A DNA stretch of 64,000 bases from NCBI RefSeq assembly GCF_006345805.1, contig NC_043008.1, positions 16,678,001 to 16,742,000 of the forward strand, read 5' to 3'. Both the position numbers and the translations under genes were made by a program. This DNA is from Octopus sinensis. Its lineage: Eukaryota. Below, one piece after another: positions 1 to 12,761 of the stretch. A model generated the notes under the pieces. It had not been told where the DNA came from. It searched no databases and saw nothing but the letters and a program-made list of their open reading frames with translations. The stretch's first letter is position 1. Each line of letters begins with the position of its first letter.

Positions 1-146
1 GCCACGTCGTTTATTTGGTACTCCCATTTGTCCCTCTTAAAGGTTAGTAGGTCCGGCCTTCGGCGTTCTAACAGTTGTCTGTCTGGAATTCAAAGTCCCA
101 AGGATGTTTGCCTTCCCCTTTTCGTCCATTACTTTTTCAGCTGTAT
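1..146 (-). mobile_element. R4/Dong-like (RLE-clade) non-LTR retrotransposon relic, endonuclease part
   Basis: Minus-strand translation across two frameshifts gives HTAEKVMDEKGKANIL/WDFEFQTD/LLERRRPDLLTFKRDKWEYQINDVA, matching the typical 'KILWDF.IQTD...RPDI...IIDVA' RLE motif. Confidence 0.7.
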
Positions 147-485
147 GATGATGATGATCATCATCATTGTTCGACCGTGGTCGAGACAATGGAATTTACC
201 ATGCTACGCCAGACTTCACGGTCCACCATAGCATTACGGAGGTCCTGTTGCTGGATGCATGTATCCCTGGAGATTACATCAGGGTAGGAGAGTGTGCGCC
301 CTCTGGTATTGCGAGTAGATGGCTTCCAGAGGAGAAGAGTAGAAATTGCCTCGTTTTTCAGCTCTACAACAATGTCCGGCAAACTGAACTCTCCTACCTT
401 TCACAAGAGATGACACAGGTGGTACTTTCCCATATATTTGCATTTTGGTTGGATGATGCTTCCACGAGAGATTTTGAGCTTTCAT
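147..485 (-). mobile_element. 5'-truncated RTE-type LINE 3' fragment
   Basis: ORFs 279-521 and 164-382 join across a frameshift at an A-run (~355) to give SWKHHPTKMQIYGKVPPVSSLVKGRRVQFAGHCCRAE/EAISTLLLWKP...RGRTLSYPDVISRDT...DLRNAMVDREVWR, the typical RTE ORF2 C-terminus; followed by a (GAT/CAT)n tail. Confidence 0.8.
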
Positions 486-640
486 CAAACACCTGTTACT
501 TCGCATCCATACTTCCGTCATAGGAGCTAGTGAAGGTTCTGCGCTACCGTGTCATGTCTGCGCTTGTACTCTTTCTTTGCATGACTTTCAAAAGCACTAA
601 CAATGGGAGTCACGCTTCCCACACATTCTGCAGAGGTTCG
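486..640 (-). mobile_element. R4/Dong-like element relic, CCHC zinc-knuckle part
   Basis: Minus strand reads LCRMCGKRD/..IVSAFESHAKKEYKRRHDTVAQNLH*LL*RKYGCEVTGV, matching 'CR.CG..ET..HI.SGC..LA..EYKRRHD.VA..IHW.LC.KYG'; contains stops and a frameshift. Confidence 0.7.
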
Positions 641-964
641 TTGCACTTCTCTGGTATATATATATATCTTTTCACTGAGTTGGAATTCAATGCCTGACTC
701 TGGGCAGCAATGATTATGTTTTCAATCTACCTTTTTAGGTCACGCTTGCTGAGCCACCTCCCTACATGTTTCTTACAATAATTTACCGAAACACACCACG
801 TGTCCTAAGGAGTGTAAAGATAAGAGATATTACTGTATGACTGAAAGATCGTGGAGGGGATGTGGCAGGGGCTGAAGTGAAATATCTTCATGTAATACAA
901 CACAGACATTTAAATTGATTTGGTTTTTCTAAAGATGTGGACAGTACCTGTCAGCACAATTGAT

Positions 965-967
965 TGG

Positions 968-1004
<37 letters not shown>

Positions 1005-1073
1005 GTTGTTGTTGTTGTTTTTGTTGTTGTTTTTCTTATTATTATTATTGTTATTATTATTATTATCATTATT

Positions 1074-1109
<36 letters not shown>

Positions 1110-1243
1110 ATCATTATTATTTAAGACGTTGCATAGTATCTAATATCGTCATGTTATTGAATGAAGATATTGTATGTACTGTGGGTTTGTACTGTCTGTC
1201 AAGTCTTAACAAGGACATCAGACAGACATAGTAATTATTATTA

Positions 1244-1281
<38 letters not shown>

Positions 1282-1312
1282 GTTGTTGTTGTTGTTGTTA
1301 TTGTTGTTGTTG
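965..1312. repeat. Compound (ATT)n/(GTT)n microsatellites
   Basis: Directly visible trinucleotide arrays at ~965-1120 and ~1230-1312. Confidence 0.95.
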
Positions 1313-3680
1313 TCTTCATCCAGTGAGTTAGAAAATGCAATTAAATACAAGGACGTTAGAAAGTGCAATGTGAAACAAGCAAGTCATATAAGCAGTGAAT
1401 AATGAAACATGTTATCAAGTTCACTATGAGTACAAAATATAAAAAACATGCAAAATCTTTTACAGTACGATTAAGATGAAATAAAAACGTTATTTAAGAC
1501 AATATATAAACAGTTATATACACATAAATATACGTATACACACATACATAAATATTATATACATACTGACACAGAAACACATACACAGAGAGAGAAAAGC
1601 ACACATATGGACACACATATCTATAATACATGTATGGGTATGCGTATATCTATGCATGTGTGAGTAGATTCATATATATTGTTTTAAATATATATAAGTA
1701 TATATATATATATATATATATATACAGACACACAGATATATACATATATGCATACACATATACATGCATATATATATAAAGCAACTTTAGAAATATGATA
1801 TACTATAGCATTCTTAAAGGTAGGGAAACTCATAATCTTGGGCTTGGAATTTTTGAGACAATGTGTGTGGCTAAAATACCATGCACCAGAGATACCTGGC
1901 TTATGATATTTCGTAAACGTAACGGATATTTCAAATGTCATATTTACAAATGTTGTATCTCACTTTTTATCTTTGTATTTCAGTCATATCTTGATAACTA
2001 TTTCATCTGGAGAGATGTCGTCCTGTTACACTTCCTTGTTTAATTTGCTGATTTTCCAATGGGCTGTGAATTTAATTTCATTTGAAAGTGATTTCTTCTT
2101 CATTTGAGCTAGATGCTACTCTGCTGGTGATAGGCTCATACTCACTAAATTTAGGGCTCTCTTAGTAAGAGATTAGAACTTTTTCATACACTATGATTCA
2201 TTGGAAATGGCAAGCACCTATTTTTGAATAAAGGAGCTTTTAACATACTTTGAATTGCCTTTCTCGATGTTTGCATGATACCTTCATTTTTTGTTTCGTA
2301 GATGACACCTGATCACCTTCGGCTTCACTGAATTTCCTTTTCGTAATTGGAAAATAGAAGTCTTCCCCATGTTTCTCTTCTTGCTGTTTAAGACACTGCA
2401 GGGAATAGCACTCTCTTTCTGATAGTTTTTCATTGCCACTACCGTGTGTGGCTGTGCGAGGAAGATCTAGCTGTCACCTAGTCAATTTCCTAAACCTGAC
2501 ACTAACCTGAAATGAGAAAAGGATGGTTCTTTTTTGTATGACGACGCTAGGGGTGCAACAGATGACATCTTACGACGCTGCACTACCGCATGACTAGCAA
2601 TGTGCAGAGATTGTTTCACTATTTTCTCTCTAGTTAAACATTCTGTGTACAAGGATTTGAATTAGCTTTTTCTGCAGTATATTTTAGAGCCAGGCTTCCT
2701 GATCTGTATGATAAGTTTCCAAGGCTTTCCTTTCAGTCCCCATTACAGAACACAGCACAATCCTGAGGTTGATTTGAACTCTTTTATGGTTATAAGCACT
2801 TGAAGGTTTTTTTGGTGATTCAACGCGACCACCTATCACCGATGGTTAACTAGAGGTTGACCACCTATCCATACTGTGCTTTGAAAGAGCCCACAAGACA
2901 GGGATCGACATCACCATGGTGTCCTTAATGGTTTCTCTAGTAATTTTCTTCCCAAATATAGTGACATACTATTTCTGCTTGTGCTATTACGTCGCCCTTA
3001 TACTTGAAAATTTACATATGATGTAATACTCCCTCAATAAGAAAAGATTTAACCCAGATATTTCCGATGAAACATAGTAACCATGCTTGGCTTTGCAAGG
3101 TAGAGATACGTTTTCAGTCTTCGTTTGCATGCTAATGTGATAGCTGTTCCTATGATAATATCCATCCTTATATCAACATGTTGTTGCGCTTTCTCTTTCA
3201 CCAGAATATTTAATATCTAGAACTTCTTTTATTCATATGTACGCTTGCGAACGACAGCTTTCGACATAACACGCCTCACTTTCATTTGGCCAATAAATAA
3301 TAGGCACGCTGCTACAGACAAATATATTATATGTTATATAATTTTTTTTATCGTTGTTGTTGGAACGTAATTTTTTTTTTTGTTTTTTTTTGTAAACTTA
3401 ACGTGTCTTTTGTATTGTTTAATATAATTTCTTTTGCAGATTACTCCCGAAAAACAGGATGTCATTATTTAGTTGAATTTACACGACGAAATACAAATGG
3501 AATTATTAAAAAGAAAACAGACCTTGTTTTTTAACCCCGGTACGTGGTATAGTTCCAAAATGTTCATTAAATGTCCCTGTGTAAGATAAAATCCAAAACG
3601 AAAATTAATTCCTTCACTTACACTTGGAAATCGAGAGTTCGTGTAGCAAATTTTAGGCACGTCTCAACGAGTCAGCAGGA

Positions 3681-3682
<2 letters not shown>

Positions 3683-3718
<36 letters not shown>

Positions 3719-3949
3719 GAAGAAGAATGGGGATAATGATAATCAGAAAGTTGTCAGGGATGTAGTCTATTAAATCTATTTAAGAAGGAGTAAGAGGAAG
3801 AACAGATTTTAGGAGGAAAGAGAGGAAAAAAAGAAGGGGAGAAAGAAGAGGAGACAGAGAAGAAGAAGGAGAAGAAGAAGAAGAAGAAGAAGAAGAAGAA
3901 GAAGAAAAAGAACAAGAAGAAGAAGAACAAGAACAAGAACAAGAACAAG

Positions 3950-3980
<31 letters not shown>

Positions 3981-4100
3981 ACAACAACAACAGCAGCAAG
4001 AACAGAAGGAAAAAGAAAAGGAGGAATAGAAAAAGAAATGAAGAACAGGAACATGAAGGAAGAGAATAAGAGAAGGAAAAAGGAAAAGGAAAAGAAGGAG
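3683..4100. repeat. (AAT)n followed by purine-rich (AAG)n/(AAC)n microsatellite
   Basis: Directly visible; explains the poly-F/poly-L ORFs in the track. Confidence 0.95.
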
Positions 4101-5624
4101 GAAATGGAGGAAGTTTGAATTTAAGCATAGCCATTCCAGTAACGTATGAATTAATATGAGAATATATGAATTTCATTTAGCATTAGCATAAGATAACAAA
4201 ATGTAAATATATATTTAACTTACCAAGTTATATAAGAAAAGTGGCTAATTAAACATTAAAAAGAATCTTATTAGGCACAATGAAATTAAATGATATAATG
4301 CACACCATATTGTAAAACGGTTGTCTCAAAGAAAGTTGTATGACTGCTTGCATGTACGAAGAATACTTATGAGATATATCGAGTCTTTGTCTTCCTGACA
4401 GTATATGTAAAATGGCTGTTATCAAAAGTATATGATTACGCTAGTCCCTGTGCTTATATGTGTATGCTATATGTTAAACATTGCGTATTACTTCTGTTTC
4501 ACAAATAAGATTAAACTATGCTGTTCGTGATATATTTGTTTTGTAACTGAATATAATCTTATTATCAAAATATAGCATCATAAATAAAGTTACAGCATGA
4601 AAAACGCATATTAACCATTCAAAATCAACAAAAGGACTGTCATGTTCTCTTAACCATTTATTATTATGTGTCGCCATTTTTGCCGCAGCAAATGCGACCT
4701 GGTCACTGACGTGGCTCCAGTCAAATGGAACTATGACAGTGACCAGTCTGTTGGAATTTATAACAAAATTAGCGAATTTATGTCTTTGAAAATGTATAGC
4801 GCAAAATATTTTGTGAATTATACGTATTAGTAAAAGTGTCGCGACCGATATTTTTTTTGTTTTCTCGGAGTTCTTCAGGACATAAGAGCATTTTTGACAT
4901 TCATACTGAATAAATCGGGACGTGGGGGTCAATATTTACGCGCGAGATAAAATCAGAGAAACATGAAAATATATTATAATGTATTAAATAATCCAGTTTT
5001 ACATAAACAAAAAAAATACGCATACACACGCAAACGCACACAAAAACCTACTCAGAGACAAAATAATCTTACTTTGTCCCCTATTCCCTACCAGGAAAGG
5101 TGGACAAAGGTGGATAGGTAAATGAAACAAGATGTATCGATGAATGCATCGTAATCGAATAGTTTGATTGTGATGAGAAATTTGTTGTCAGCTGCAGAGG
5201 AAAAATATATTCTGGTGTCAATAAGTTTCCCGGCGAAATAGGTCAGCATCTAATCAACAATGCCATATGTAAGACATTTCCCCTCTAGTTTAGCCTACAT
5301 CATTAAAAAAAAAAGGAGATGCCATCTGTAAGGGGCCATTTCTTCGGAATGTTATATCGTCTTTCTATCAATAAAATGTAGAACGATGCTAACTCACATA
5401 CTACATGATATAAATATTACACACTGTGAGTCAATAAGAATTATTATTTGGCTAAGGAGAACATAATCTGTTCATGGTATAACCAATGGAAATTATACGG
5501 TCACCAATCTACCAGTTCAGTTACTGATAGCAGCCATATCATACATAGATACAAGTTTCAAATGTTTGACCCAAGGTCAATAATTTCTGGAGAGGAGTTA
5601 AGTCAATTGCATCAACTCCATTGC

Positions 5625-5760
5625 TCTACTGGCAGCTAATTTATCGCCACCGTGATTATAAAAGCCAAAGAAGACTTCGTCACGATTTAAACTCAGAACG
5701 TAGCACCGGAAGAAATGAGGATTAGCATTTTTCCAGGCGTACGAACGATTCTGCAATCTC
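5625..5760 (-). mobile_element. Highly diverged family-B SINE fragment
   Basis: Reverse complement 'aaaatgctaatcc...gctacgttctgagtttaaat...ggcgataaattagctgccagt' aligns by eye to the family-B body at 8150-8260. Confidence 0.45.
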
Positions 5761-6520
5761 CTCATCTCATCATCCACAGTTATTACCAGAAAAAATACAG
5801 ATTGGATAATATACTCGAAGGTATACGACAACTGAAAATGGTGCTGTATAGTCACGGTAATGAAAAAGAAAATAATGAACAGAACAGGGCAACGGTTAAC
5901 AAAAAAGGAAAAACTGTTTTATATATTTTTTATATCTTTATTTTACTTTTTCATGCAGCAAAGTTCTTAGAAATTATTACAGCTGTAATTAAAGCAAGAA
6001 CATTACAGCGTGTTGTCTTCAATACTGCATACGACTCAGATAACAAAAATATTAAATAAATGATCATGTGGACATGAGTGAGTCCAAAAAATAATAATAT
6101 CAATGGTGAAAATTTTACATGAACGATATCAATCAGTATCACCATGATAAACATGATTACCGTATGGATTACACACAAAAATATGCACGTTCATTCACAC
6201 ACACATACACCCACATATATCTATATATAGAAATGCACATCCAAACACACAGGCGTATAATTTCCTTCTTTAAATTACTGATGCCCGATACAGGGTTTCT
6301 TTGAGATTAGGACACAGACTTTATGCACATAATTGAGCGTATCGACCACAGTCCGTATTTCTTTTAAGGCTAGTATATATTTTATTGAAATCCGTTAACG
6401 AATCGGTAACTTATAAGACATAAATAGAAATTCGGTTAGCCACACTCGCACGCACACACACAAAATTAGATACACAAACGTATATATACGCACACATGCC
6501 TCATATACACATGTATATAT

Positions 6521-6563
<43 letters not shown>

Positions 6564-6621
6564 TATATACATAAACATATTATATATATACATATACATA
6601 TATATATATATATATATGTAC

Positions 6622-6693
<72 letters not shown>

Positions 6694-6699
6694 CATACA

Positions 6700-6877
6700 C
6701 AAAAAAAGACACAACAACGCGAGGACGTGGAACAAATATAGTATTATTGGACGTTCAGGAAAGAAGGAGGGTTTAACGTTTCGAGCGGAGCGCTTCATCG
6801 GAAACATAGGAGAAGGAAAGATCCAGAGAAGGGAAGACAGAGCAAAAACAGTCGACAACAGTACACACGAGGTCACA
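6700..6877 (-). mobile_element. Short Penelope-like (PLE) remnant, copy 1
   Basis: ~170 bp homologous to 13610-13795, flanked by (TA)n, and carrying a minimal hammerhead motif as is typical of PLE terminal repeats. Confidence 0.55.
6771..6805 (-). ncRNA. Minimal type-I hammerhead ribozyme-like motif
   Basis: Minus strand: GTTT CCGATGA A GCGC-TCC-GCTC GAAA CG T T AAAC. Stem I GTTT/AAAC, core with U4->C, stem II with one mismatch, palindromic stem III (AACGTT), GUU cleavage triplet. Confidence 0.55.
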
Positions 6878-7058
6878 TTTTGAATTATATATATATATAT
6901 GTACGATAGATTCTGTCGACCAAATTCCAGTCATAGACATTGGTCGAAAGGAAACGATATTCAGAGATACATGCTAATGTGCCACGCAATCGGAACGAAG
7001 TCAAGACCGTGTGTTCACGTTCTGTATGCGATTTTTTTTTTGTGTGACCGTATGGAAT

Positions 7059-7131
<73 letters not shown>

Positions 7132-8111
7132 GTATATATTTATATATATGTATGTGTATACATATATATATATTATATATATATATATATATTATATATA
7201 TATATATATTTATATACATAAATATATATTTTTCTTTTAACGTGCGTTTTTGGTTTCAATAAAGATTAGAAAACATCCTCTACCTGATTCCCCCGTAAAA
7301 CCTAGTAAAGAGAAAGAAAGAAAAGAGACGTAAGCGAAAATACCTTTATAGACATTTCTAACGAAGTCGGAGGTTCTTATAATGCAACAAATCAACAAGA
7401 AAGTATACAATTGGTAAATCTTTTTCTTCTTAAATCATCAAATTATAGTTATTACTCAGATTGAAAACGAAAATCATATTTGAACACCCAGTCAACACAT
7501 GATGCGCTTTAAATTGCCTAAATAATTCTTCGTTATAGAAAATGGATATTATTAACTCTTACTTACATTTCTGCACAACGGAGATTTACCTGTTTGTATA
7601 AAGTGATATCAGGTCCTAGCGTCCTAACGTGGCTATCGATCCTGTCTACTTGTACGATTTCAAAATAGAGAAACTATGTGACATAAAGCTTTCTAATTAC
7701 GGGATAGATAATAAATTCTATAGAGAGAAAACCGTCTGCAATCAACAGAAACGAGCGATCCAATTGTGTTCTACAGTAGAATGATGCAAAATAGACTCTC
7801 CCAAGAATTCGAACAAAAAACGACGAATGCGCTTTTTTGAGGTAATATCTATGCACTCTTAAACAAGGGTATTCTTTTTGAGCAAATTATAATGCTTTGG
7901 TATATGAAAATTCACGTATTAATAATTATTGTATCACTAATATATATACATTATTGAAAGCCATAATACATATTAATACTTCTTCTATCACTTATGTATA
8001 TATATGGATTAATGAATATCACAAATACTCTGCATTGATATGAGTGATTCTCCTTCGTGTCGTTGACACGTAGAAGAATCACTGCGCAAGAGATATACGT
8101 TTAGCTATTTT

Positions 8112-8527
8112 GAAGGCGGCGAGCTGGCAGAAACGTTAGCGCGCCGGGCGAAATGCTTAGCGGTATTTCGTCTGCCGTTACGTTGTGAGTTCAAATTCCG
8201 CCGAGGTCGACTTTGCCTTTCATCTTTCGTGGTCGATAAATTAAGTACCAGTTACGCACTGGGGTCGATATAATCGACTTAATCCGTTGGTCTGTCCTTG
8301 TTTCTCCTCCCTGTGTTTAGCCCATTGTGGGTAATAAAGAAATAGGTATTTCGTCTGTCGTTACGTTCTGAGTTCAAATTCCGTCGAGGTCGACTTTGCC
8401 TTTCATCTTTTCGGGGTCGATTAAATAAGTACCAGTTACGCACTGGGGTCGATATAATCGACTTAATTCCTTTGTCTGTCCTTGTTTGTCCCCTCTATGT
8501 TTAGCCCCTTGTGGGCAGTAAAGAAAT
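8112..8527 (+). mobile_element. Family-B tRNA-derived SINE, dimeric (head + body + second body)
   Basis: Head 'ggcggcgagctggcagaaacgttagc', B-box-like 'gagttcaaattcc', central 'gtcgactttgcctttcatc..ggtcgataaa' (resembles the Meta/Sauria-type domain, from recall); body repeated from ~8344. Confidence 0.85.
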
Positions 8528-9000
8528 ATATATGTTTAGCTATATTTACACACATATATATATACTCATATATATACACACATTTTTACACACATATATA
8601 TACTCATATACACACATATATATATATACATTAATATATGAATTACTTATGTATATACATAAACATACATAAACCTCACACCACATACATATGCTCACAT
8701 ATATACAAAAGCATGTATAGAAATGAAAGTGTGTATGTTTGACTGTACATGTGTGCGTTTGTATGGTGTGTGTGTGTACACTCACATGTAGGTGTACATA
8801 TATTTATGCATACATTCATGTATATATAAATGTAAACATAGACACATAAACATATATAAGTAGAGAGAGTGACGAGAGGACGTGAGATAAACAAAAGCAT
8901 TCGTGGGTGCTTATGTGTATTTAACGAATAAATCTTCTTAAAGCACCTAAATTGTAAAATATATCATATATTAGTAGAAATACAAGTAGAACTCTAAACT

Positions 9001-9335
9001 GTGAAGGCACATGGCTCATTGGTTAGAGCGTCGGGCTTATGATCCTGAGGTTGTGAGTTCGATTCCCGGACCGGGCTGCGTGTTGTATTCTTGAGCAAGA
9101 CACTTTATTTCATGTTGATCCAGTTAACTCAGCTGTAGAAATGAGTTGCGACATCACTGGTGCCAAGCTGTATCGAGCTTTGCCTTTCTTTTGGGTAACA
9201 CTAGTGGTATGGAGAGGGGAGGCCAGTATGCATGGGCGACTGCTGGCCTTCTATAAACAAACTTGCTCGGACTTGTACCTCGGAGGGTAACTTCTAGGTG
9301 CAATCCCATGGTCATTCATAACCGAAGGGGGTCTC
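9001..9335 (+). mobile_element. Family-C CORE-type SINE
   Basis: A box TGGCTCATTGG, B box GTTCGATTC, CORE-like 'ttcttgagcaagacactttatttc'; near-identical to 61189-61523. Confidence 0.85.
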
Positions 9336-9628
9336 CTCATTCTAAACTACTTACATGTGAACAATACTTATCAAAGCATTTCAAAATGTAGAACAGCCGA
9401 TACTTTATTACTCACTATCATAATCCTAAACCATAGCAATTTTCATAACACGATTATTAATGTTTAAACCGCTTTGGTAAAAAAGAATTATAGGAAAATG
9501 CACCTTTAATATAAAGTCTTTTGTGAGCGAAACAAGAGGACAACAACCTATGTATTCTCGTTGTACTCGCTATCATATTTATACTTGGCGAACTGCGTCT
9601 CAGGAGACGTGCTCCGTAATAATCACAC

Positions 9629-9722
9629 CCAGCTATCATTTATTCCCAAAGTGAAATCCACTTCAACGCCCGCGAATTCAAATTGAATTCCGTCCGCAAT
9701 AATTGTAACGGTATCAGAAAAT
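9629..9722 (-). CDS. Candidate internal exon (FSDTVTIIADGIQFEFAGVEVDFTLGINDSW), unknown protein
   Basis: Acceptor 'gggtttttcag'; only one frame is open, and its phase matches the candidate first exon at 12796-12762; donor GTGTGA is weak; no recognisable domain. Confidence 0.2.
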
Positions 9723-10410
9723 CTGAAAAACCCACAGGCACTATTCATCTTACTTAGACAAGATTTCATAATCTAGTTACAATTACAAAACTTGAACGAG
9801 AAAATAATAAATTGCAGCTATAATATAAAGCAGTGTTTAAAAGGAGATACTTTTTTAAGATACAAAATGTAATTTCGGGTAAAGTCGCTCGTAGGCTAGA
9901 AACAAAATATCTACGGTTTGTTTCGGAGTGTTGATTGCAGCAAGTTGGCCTAAATCTCATCAGGCAAAAAGAAAGACACGATGGAAATGCTGCAGAATTA
10001 ATATACAATAAAATTTGAGTTTTCTTTCATCGTAGTACAAGCAAATTGCCAACGGCTGTATTTCTGCAGACAATCGATAAAACAGAATTAGGAGTAAAGT
10101 GAAATATCTAAGACGAAAATTTTTCTTGCTATTTAAGACTGGAATTATGAAGAGTGTAAGATGAGAAAATGAAATTGAACAAATATAAATAATGTTAAAA
10201 TTGACCTTAATAATATTTATTTCGATTCTGGTTTTCGAATACCATTCACAGACTATTTTGAGAATAGTTTTTGACATATATACATACAAATAAATATATG
10301 TGTATGTGTGTATGTACGTATATTCATATTCATATATACTTATCTTATGTTGTCATATACCCTCCTTCTTCCTCCTTATATATATGCACATACATACATA
10401 CATACATATA

Positions 10411-10463
<53 letters not shown>

Positions 10464-10827
10464 CGTGACATTCAGGGTCTCAGTCAACGGAACGAGGAGG
10501 AATCCGATCAACGAAACAGCCTGCTCGTGAAACTAACATACAAGTGGCTTAGCACTCCACAGACACTTATACCCTTAGCGTAGTTCGCGTTAAGACACAG
10601 ACTGTGACAAGGATGGCCCTTTGAAATACAAGTACAACAGAAACAGGAAGAGCGAAAGTTGTGGTGAAAGAGTACAGCAGGGTTCGCCATCCACCTACCC
10701 CTGCCGGAGCCCCGTGGAGCTTTAGGTGTTTTCACTCAATAAACACTCACAAGACCCAGTCTGGGAGTCGAAACCGCGATCCTACGACCGCGAGTTCGCT
10801 GCTCTGACCACTGGAACATTGCGCCTC

Positions 10828-10828
<1 letters not shown>
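10464..10828 (-). mobile_element. Family-E tRNA-derived SINE (tail type X)
   Basis: Reverse complement head 'ggaggcgcaatgttccagtggtcagagcagcgaactcgcggtcgtaggatcgcggtttcgactccc'; body shared with 23270-23569 and 50363-50656. Confidence 0.85.
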
Positions 10829-10871
<43 letters not shown>

Positions 10872-11780
10872 CATAGCTAGCTAGCTAGATAGATAGATAC
10901 TTACATACATACATAAATACACACACATGTATACATATAGGTATATTTGGCAATGCAACAAACGAACTTCTAAAGTAATGCGTAAGATACATTATATTAT
11001 GTTATGGGCTTCATTTCTTCATAGCGTTGTATTAGATTTCTGACAAGCCTGGTCGGTGGTCTCTTCTACATTCTGAACCTGATAAAGATTCACGTCACAT
11101 ATCTAATCTTCAGGCTCTAACATAGAAATGAGCTAAATATAAGCAGTACTGACTTTACCGTAGGGTTTAAATCCATCACACTACGGAAATTAAACTGGTA
11201 GTCACAAGGAAAAAAATAAAAGGCAAAGGAAAAAAGAAAAAAAAAACATTTGTATTTCTATCTTTTCTACGACTGACTTAACTGCAATCAAATGGATATG
11301 GTTGATATTAAACTAAGCTAAGTGAAACTTTCTAAACTAATTATACAAAAAATTTAAATAACAAATGGTCTTTCATGCAATGTAAACCAATTCAGTTTCT
11401 CACAACAGTCCGTGATGTGATCAAACGTGTAGAGTTTTAATATGGTCTTTTAATAGGAGGCATTAATTCAGCTAGTTTCAGGTAACACATTTTATAATGG
11501 TAGTATCAAGTAAAGGAAGAATAGTAAGAACTATAGCCATAGATTAATAATAAGCGTATCGAATCTTCAAGCTTAACTCTATTTTATAGACATCGTTTGG
11601 AAAGTTACGAAAAGTAAATAGCGGTTGTTGCTGTAGGTGCGCGTCAAATTACTGTATTGTCTGCAGCACTCCATATTATTACACGATACATGCTTATGAT
11701 CCGTTAAACAAACATGCAAGCAATACAGGGATGTTATGTAATAGGAGGAACAGAGCTACAGTGAGAGAATAGCAGGAAGC

Positions 11781-11820
<40 letters not shown>

Positions 11821-12761
11821 TCAACAACAATTGAGGAATGGCCTTAATAGGCCATTCGACCCACTAGAAAGAGCAGCCAGGACTCAAACCGCCAAGTAGT
11901 AGTAATTCAGAAATTAAAGGAAAATTTAAAAACATTTAACCTAATTCATCTTTAGACAATGCATTGTTTCGGTGTTTTTAATGGCAAATCAGCTTAATTA
12001 AATTAAATTCAATTAAGTCAATCCACCAAAGGCTACACCTCATCGGTAAAGAGGCCAGGAGAGACGGATATACACGAGGCATCTGTATCTATGCTCTAGG
12101 AATATCTGCCCTAAAATTTTCAAAACCATCGTACTCGCGTACAATGCGGTTATTTAAGGATATTATATCCAATATATACTGGTTTAAAATACTATATTTT
12201 GAAGTGATATTTCTTCAATGAATAAATTATATCAAATATCATAAAGCATCAAACATTATTATCGAGGTAAAAAAAAAAGCCAAAAAGCAGAGAGATCTAA
12301 TGAATACAAGTTCATTAGATCTCTGTTTACCAATTCGATAATAATATTTAGAATACATGCGTACATACATATATATATAAAGAGACACGCTCATCCGCTC
12401 ATATGAACATGCGCAAATTAACAGACCTACACAGAGGGCAAACTTTTCGTTCGTGTTTACAACGGAGCTGGAGCGGGCTTGGGACTTAGAAATCAAAAGA
12501 TTAATTTTTACACAATAGCAGGTACTGGAAATGTCCGAAACGCATATCTCTCAACATAACAATATATGTATTGTTTCGCAGGTATTATATCATGGAACAA
12601 TGATGTAAGTAATTGCAACACTGTAACACTCCTAACTTCGGCTGTCATTGCTTATCTCACATTTGTGCTCTTTGATCTGAAAGATATCATCAAAAACCCA
12701 CGGTGGGTAGAATCCTATATCAAAAATATATCATATTTTGAAATATCTATAAACTACTTAC

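Larger units (their letters stand above)
6490..7225. repeat. (TA)n-rich microsatellite cluster with embedded ~170-bp inserts
   Basis: Long TA runs at 6515-6690, 6887-6900 and 7060-7225. Confidence 0.95.

Noticed and set aside
5715-6059. 114-aa ORF and the antisense 85-aa ORF
   Set aside because: They overlap a decayed SINE and low-complexity AT-rich sequence, with no recognisable motif.
6913-6960. Hairpin TCGACCAA...TTGGTCGA followed by GAAA, as a further hammerhead
   Set aside because: The CUGANGA core is incomplete (CTGTCGA overlaps the stem), and stems I and III cannot be formed convincingly.
11590-11772. Cys-rich 60-codon frame after an AG (TSFGKLRKVNSGCCCRCASNYCIVC...)
   Set aside because: No signal peptide, ATG or known cysteine spacing; a frame this long is expected by chance.
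12424-12604. Plus-strand exon pair TYTEGKLFVRVYNGAGAGLG.../IISWNND
   Set aside because: The first acceptor lacks a polypyrimidine tract, the intron would be only 60 nt, and there is no homology.
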